Of a stretch of DNA of 64,000 nucleotides, positions 61,647-64,000 are shown one piece after another. Location of the stretch: positions 32,001 through 96,000 of the forward strand of contig CAZALK010000011.1 in assembly GCA_964486045.1 (NCBI GenBank), given 5' to 3'. Positions within the stretch are counted from its first letter, which is position 1, and each line of letters starts with the position of its first letter. The DNA is from an uncultured archaeon. GTDB taxonomy: Archaea; Asgardarchaeota; Lokiarchaeia; Sigyniarchaeales; SOKP01. The notes beneath the pieces are model-generated. The model made no database searches. It saw only the letters and a list, made by a program, of their open reading frames with translations, and was not told where the DNA came from. The position numbers and the translations under genes are program-made.

Positions 61647-62930
61647 TTAAGCGTCGAGGTTTTCGATTAATGTTGCGACACCCTGACCACCTCCGACACA
61701 AGCATTAGCAACGCCGTATTTTGCTTTCTTATCTTTAAGTATTCGTGCTAATGTGCCTGGTAATCTTACCATTGTTGAGCCCAACGGATGACCAATTGCT
61801 GTTGAGCCTCCCATTACGTTGACTCTCTCTTCTGGAATATTGAAAGCTTTCATACAATTTAATGCTACGATACAGAAAGCCTCGTTAATTTCCCAGTAAT
61901 CTATATCATCAGCAGTCAAACCAGCATATTTTAAAGCTTTTTCAGATGCAGGTACAGGACCTCTACCCATAACAGTGGGATCTACACCTGAAAAACCAAT
62001 TGAAACGATTCTAGCCATCGGCTCAATACCTCTTTGTTTTGCTTCTTCTGCTTCCATTAATAAACAAGCTGTTGCACCAGCATTCAATGGAGAGGAATTC
62101 CCTGCGGTGATAACTCCTTCCTTAGTGCCTTCTCGCTTCTCATAGCCCTCTTTTCCTCCATTTTGTTCTAAAAAGAATGGTCTTGATAACCTACGTAATC
62201 CTGCAACACCTTCTAAAGTAGATTTTCTTGCCGCCATATCCCTATCAATCATCATCTTTTCTTCAACATTTCCCTCAACATGACCTTCAATAGGAATAAT
62301 TTCACCTTTAAACCATCCTTTTTCAGTATTTTCTACTGTTAAATTATGAGCTCGCACACCAAATTTGTCCATATCTTCTTTGGTGAATGCAGGAACTTCT
62401 TGTTCATAAAGTTTTTGAGCTGTTTGAATCATATTACTTGTTGTCAAGAAGTCTTGCCGTGGGCGATACCATTCGCTCTTTTTATCGATTATTTTTAAGT
62501 TTGGAGTGATGTGTGTGTTTTGCATACTAACACGGGTCATATGCTCCACACCAGTTGATAATACACATTTACTAAATCCAGTCATGATTTCCATGATGCC
62601 CATATGCATCCCTGCTCCTGCGCTCCCACATTGTTTATCAAGAAACACTGAGGAAGCTCTAAATGGCATATCGGCTAAAAATGCAGGGGTTCTGCCGCCA
62701 TAACTCCAGTTTTCGCCAACACCCATTGCACTTCCAACAGTGATTTCATCGACATCCTCTTTAGTAATGCCCTTATCTGCAAGTTTTCCCTCAAAGAATT
62801 TTAATAATAGTGTGCCAAGAAGTTCATCTCCACGGATCTCGCCAAAAACATCACGTTCTGGTTGTCTTGGTCTGGATCGCGAAAAAGCGGTTCTCGCATA
62901 ATCAATCATCCATACTTCTTTTAAGTCCAT
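61647..62930 (-). CDS. acetyl-CoA C-acyltransferase (thiolase)
   Basis: KQCGSAG, GVEHM, TAGNSSPLNAGA, WEINEAF, GHPLG, CVGGGQG. Confidence 0.95.
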   Translation of the reverse strand: MDLKEVWMIDYARTAFSRSRPRQPERDVFGEIRGDELLGTLLLKFFEGKLADKGITKEDVDEITVGSAMGVGENWSYGGRTPAFLADMPFRASSVFLDKQCGSAGAGMHMGIMEIMTGFSKCVLSTGVEHMTRVSMQNTHITPNLKIIDKKSEWYRPRQDFLTTSNMIQTAQKLYEQEVPAFTKEDMDKFGVRAHNLTVENTEKGWFKGEIIPIEGHVEGNVEEKMMIDRDMAARKSTLEGVAGLRRLSRPFFLEQNGGKEGYEKREGTKEGVITAGNSSPLNAGATACLLMEAEEAKQRGIEPMARIVSIGFSGVDPTVMGRGPVPASEKALKYAGLTADDIDYWEINEAFCIVALNCMKAFNIPEERVNVMGGSTAIGHPLGSTMVRLPGTLARILKDKKAKYGVANACVGGGQGVATLIENLDA

Positions 62931-63127
62931 TTTTATCCCTCTAAAATTTAAGATATTTTTTGTATTTGATTATTTGATAATACTTGTTGGAAGTTTAAAA
63001 AAATATTAAACCTTTTGATAAAGAAGAGTGTTTTTTTAATACTTGATTTTTTTCGTTTCGAAAATTAGGTGATGAATATTAAGATACTATTAGAATTATT
63101 TTTATTCATAGGATATTTAGATAAAAT

Positions 63128-63553
63128 ATGCCTAAACCAAACGTGGACAGTAATAAGCCATTCCTTATATCAATAATAGCGGGGAGTACTTCAGATAAAG
63201 AAGTTTACAAGAAAACTGAAAAAGTTTTGAATGAAAATGGTATAGCATATGATCTGCAAATTCTTTCCGCACATCGAAATCCCGCAGAATTAGATGAGTA
63301 TATTAAAAATTGTAACTCTCTAATTTATATAGCAATTGCTGGACTTTCTGCTGCTTTACCAGGAGTTATTGCTTCAAAGACAGATAAACCCGTTATAGGT
63401 GTTCCTGTAAGTACAAAATTAGGGGGATTAGATGCTTTATTATCTATAGTACAAATGCCTCCAGGAGTTCCTGTAGCAAGTGTAGGCATAGATAGAGGCG
63501 AAAATGCAGCACATTTGGCAATGAGAATATTAAAATTATCAAAAACTAATTAA
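63128..63553 (+). CDS. purE: N5-CAIR mutase / AIR carboxylase
   Basis: [39 protein letters not shown]. Confidence 0.96.
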   Translation: MPKPNVDSNKPFLISIIAGSTSDKEVYKKTEKVLNENGIAYDLQILSAHRNPAELDEYIKNCNSLIYIAIAGLSAALPGVIASKTDKPVIGVPVSTKLGGLDALLSIVQMPPGVPVASVGIDRGENAAHLAMRILKLSKTN

Positions 63554-63567
63554 ATAAAGGGTTTTCA

Positions 63568-64000
63568 ATGAGCGAGAATCTAATTGAGAAAGGCAAAAAA
63601 AACGCTGCAATTAAAGCTGTTGATGAAAATATCAAGGTAGGGATGGTCTTAGGAATAGGAAGCGGTTCTACTGTAGTTTATGCTGTAGAAAAAATAGCAG
63701 AGTTAAACCAAGAGAAAGATTTAAAGTTAAAGTGTATTCCTACATCTTTTCAATCATCTCAATTAATAGTGGAAAATAGATTGACATTAGCTTCACTCGA
63801 CCAATATCCTGAATTAGATCTTGATATTGATGGGGCTGATGAAATAGACAAAAAACTAAATTTGATTAAAGGCGGTGGAGGGTGTTTAGTGCAAGAGAAG
63901 ATCGTGGCTTCAAATTCTAAAAAATTTGTTATTGTTGCAGACTTTAGGAAAAATTCAGTAAATTTAGGAGAAAAATGTGTAAGCGGAGTCCCAATTGAAG
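63568..64000 (+). CDS. rpiA: ribose-5-phosphate isomerase A (runs off window end)
   Basis: Manual translation: GIGSGSTV, IPTS, DIDGADE, LIKGGGG..QEKIVA. Not in the ORF track. Confidence 0.95.
   Translation, partial: MSENLIEKGKKNAAIKAVDENIKVGMVLGIGSGSTVVYAVEKIAELNQEKDLKLKCIPTSFQSSQLIVENRLTLASLDQYPELDLDIDGADEIDKKLNLIKGGGGCLVQEKIVASNSKKFVIVADFRKNSVNLGEKCVSGVPIE

Noticed and set aside
62120-62175. ~16-aa insertion in thiolase as a possible in-frame intron
   Set aside because: The sequence is purine-rich with no hairpin or BHB pairing, so it is more likely a protein loop.
1-64000. CRISPR array, IS elements, rRNA
   Set aside because: No regularly spaced repeats, transposase motifs or rRNA-like GC-rich segments were detected by eye.

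Overview
AT-rich archaeal chromosomal segment. The gene content points to an Asgard archaeon of the Lokiarchaeia type: Roadblock-fused Rab-like GTPases, longin-like domains, a gelsolin-like domain, a DUF2341/LamG surface protein and TPR-PCI-like proteins. It holds about 55 CDS, one tRNA-Leu(CAG) and a few gene remnants; no transposase, integrase or CRISPR array was seen. The most striking signals lie outside the ORF track. (1) Three 30-35 nt tRNA-type bulge-helix-bulge (BHB) introns sit inside protein-coding genes: two in a dodecin gene (61166-61434, missed by the ORF track) and one in a PAC2 proteasome-chaperone gene. Each contains an in-frame stop, and each restores the reading frame when cut at the canonical BHB positions. 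(2) A hypothetical gene (19290-20210) has an in-frame UGA and a eukaryote-like type-II SECIS/K-turn 17 nt past its stop, making it a candidate new selenoprotein family. (3) At least six genes appear to use non-canonical start codons (AUA/CUG/AUU). (4) A 2300-aa receptor-like surface protein with a cytoplasmic longin/DENN-like plus winged-helix tail is flanked by two Roadblock-GTPase fusions. (5) A three-gene unit encodes a TrmB-like protein with a giant coiled coil, a STAND-like ATPase and a second coiled-coil protein. All calls were made by eye from the sequence; no database searches were run.
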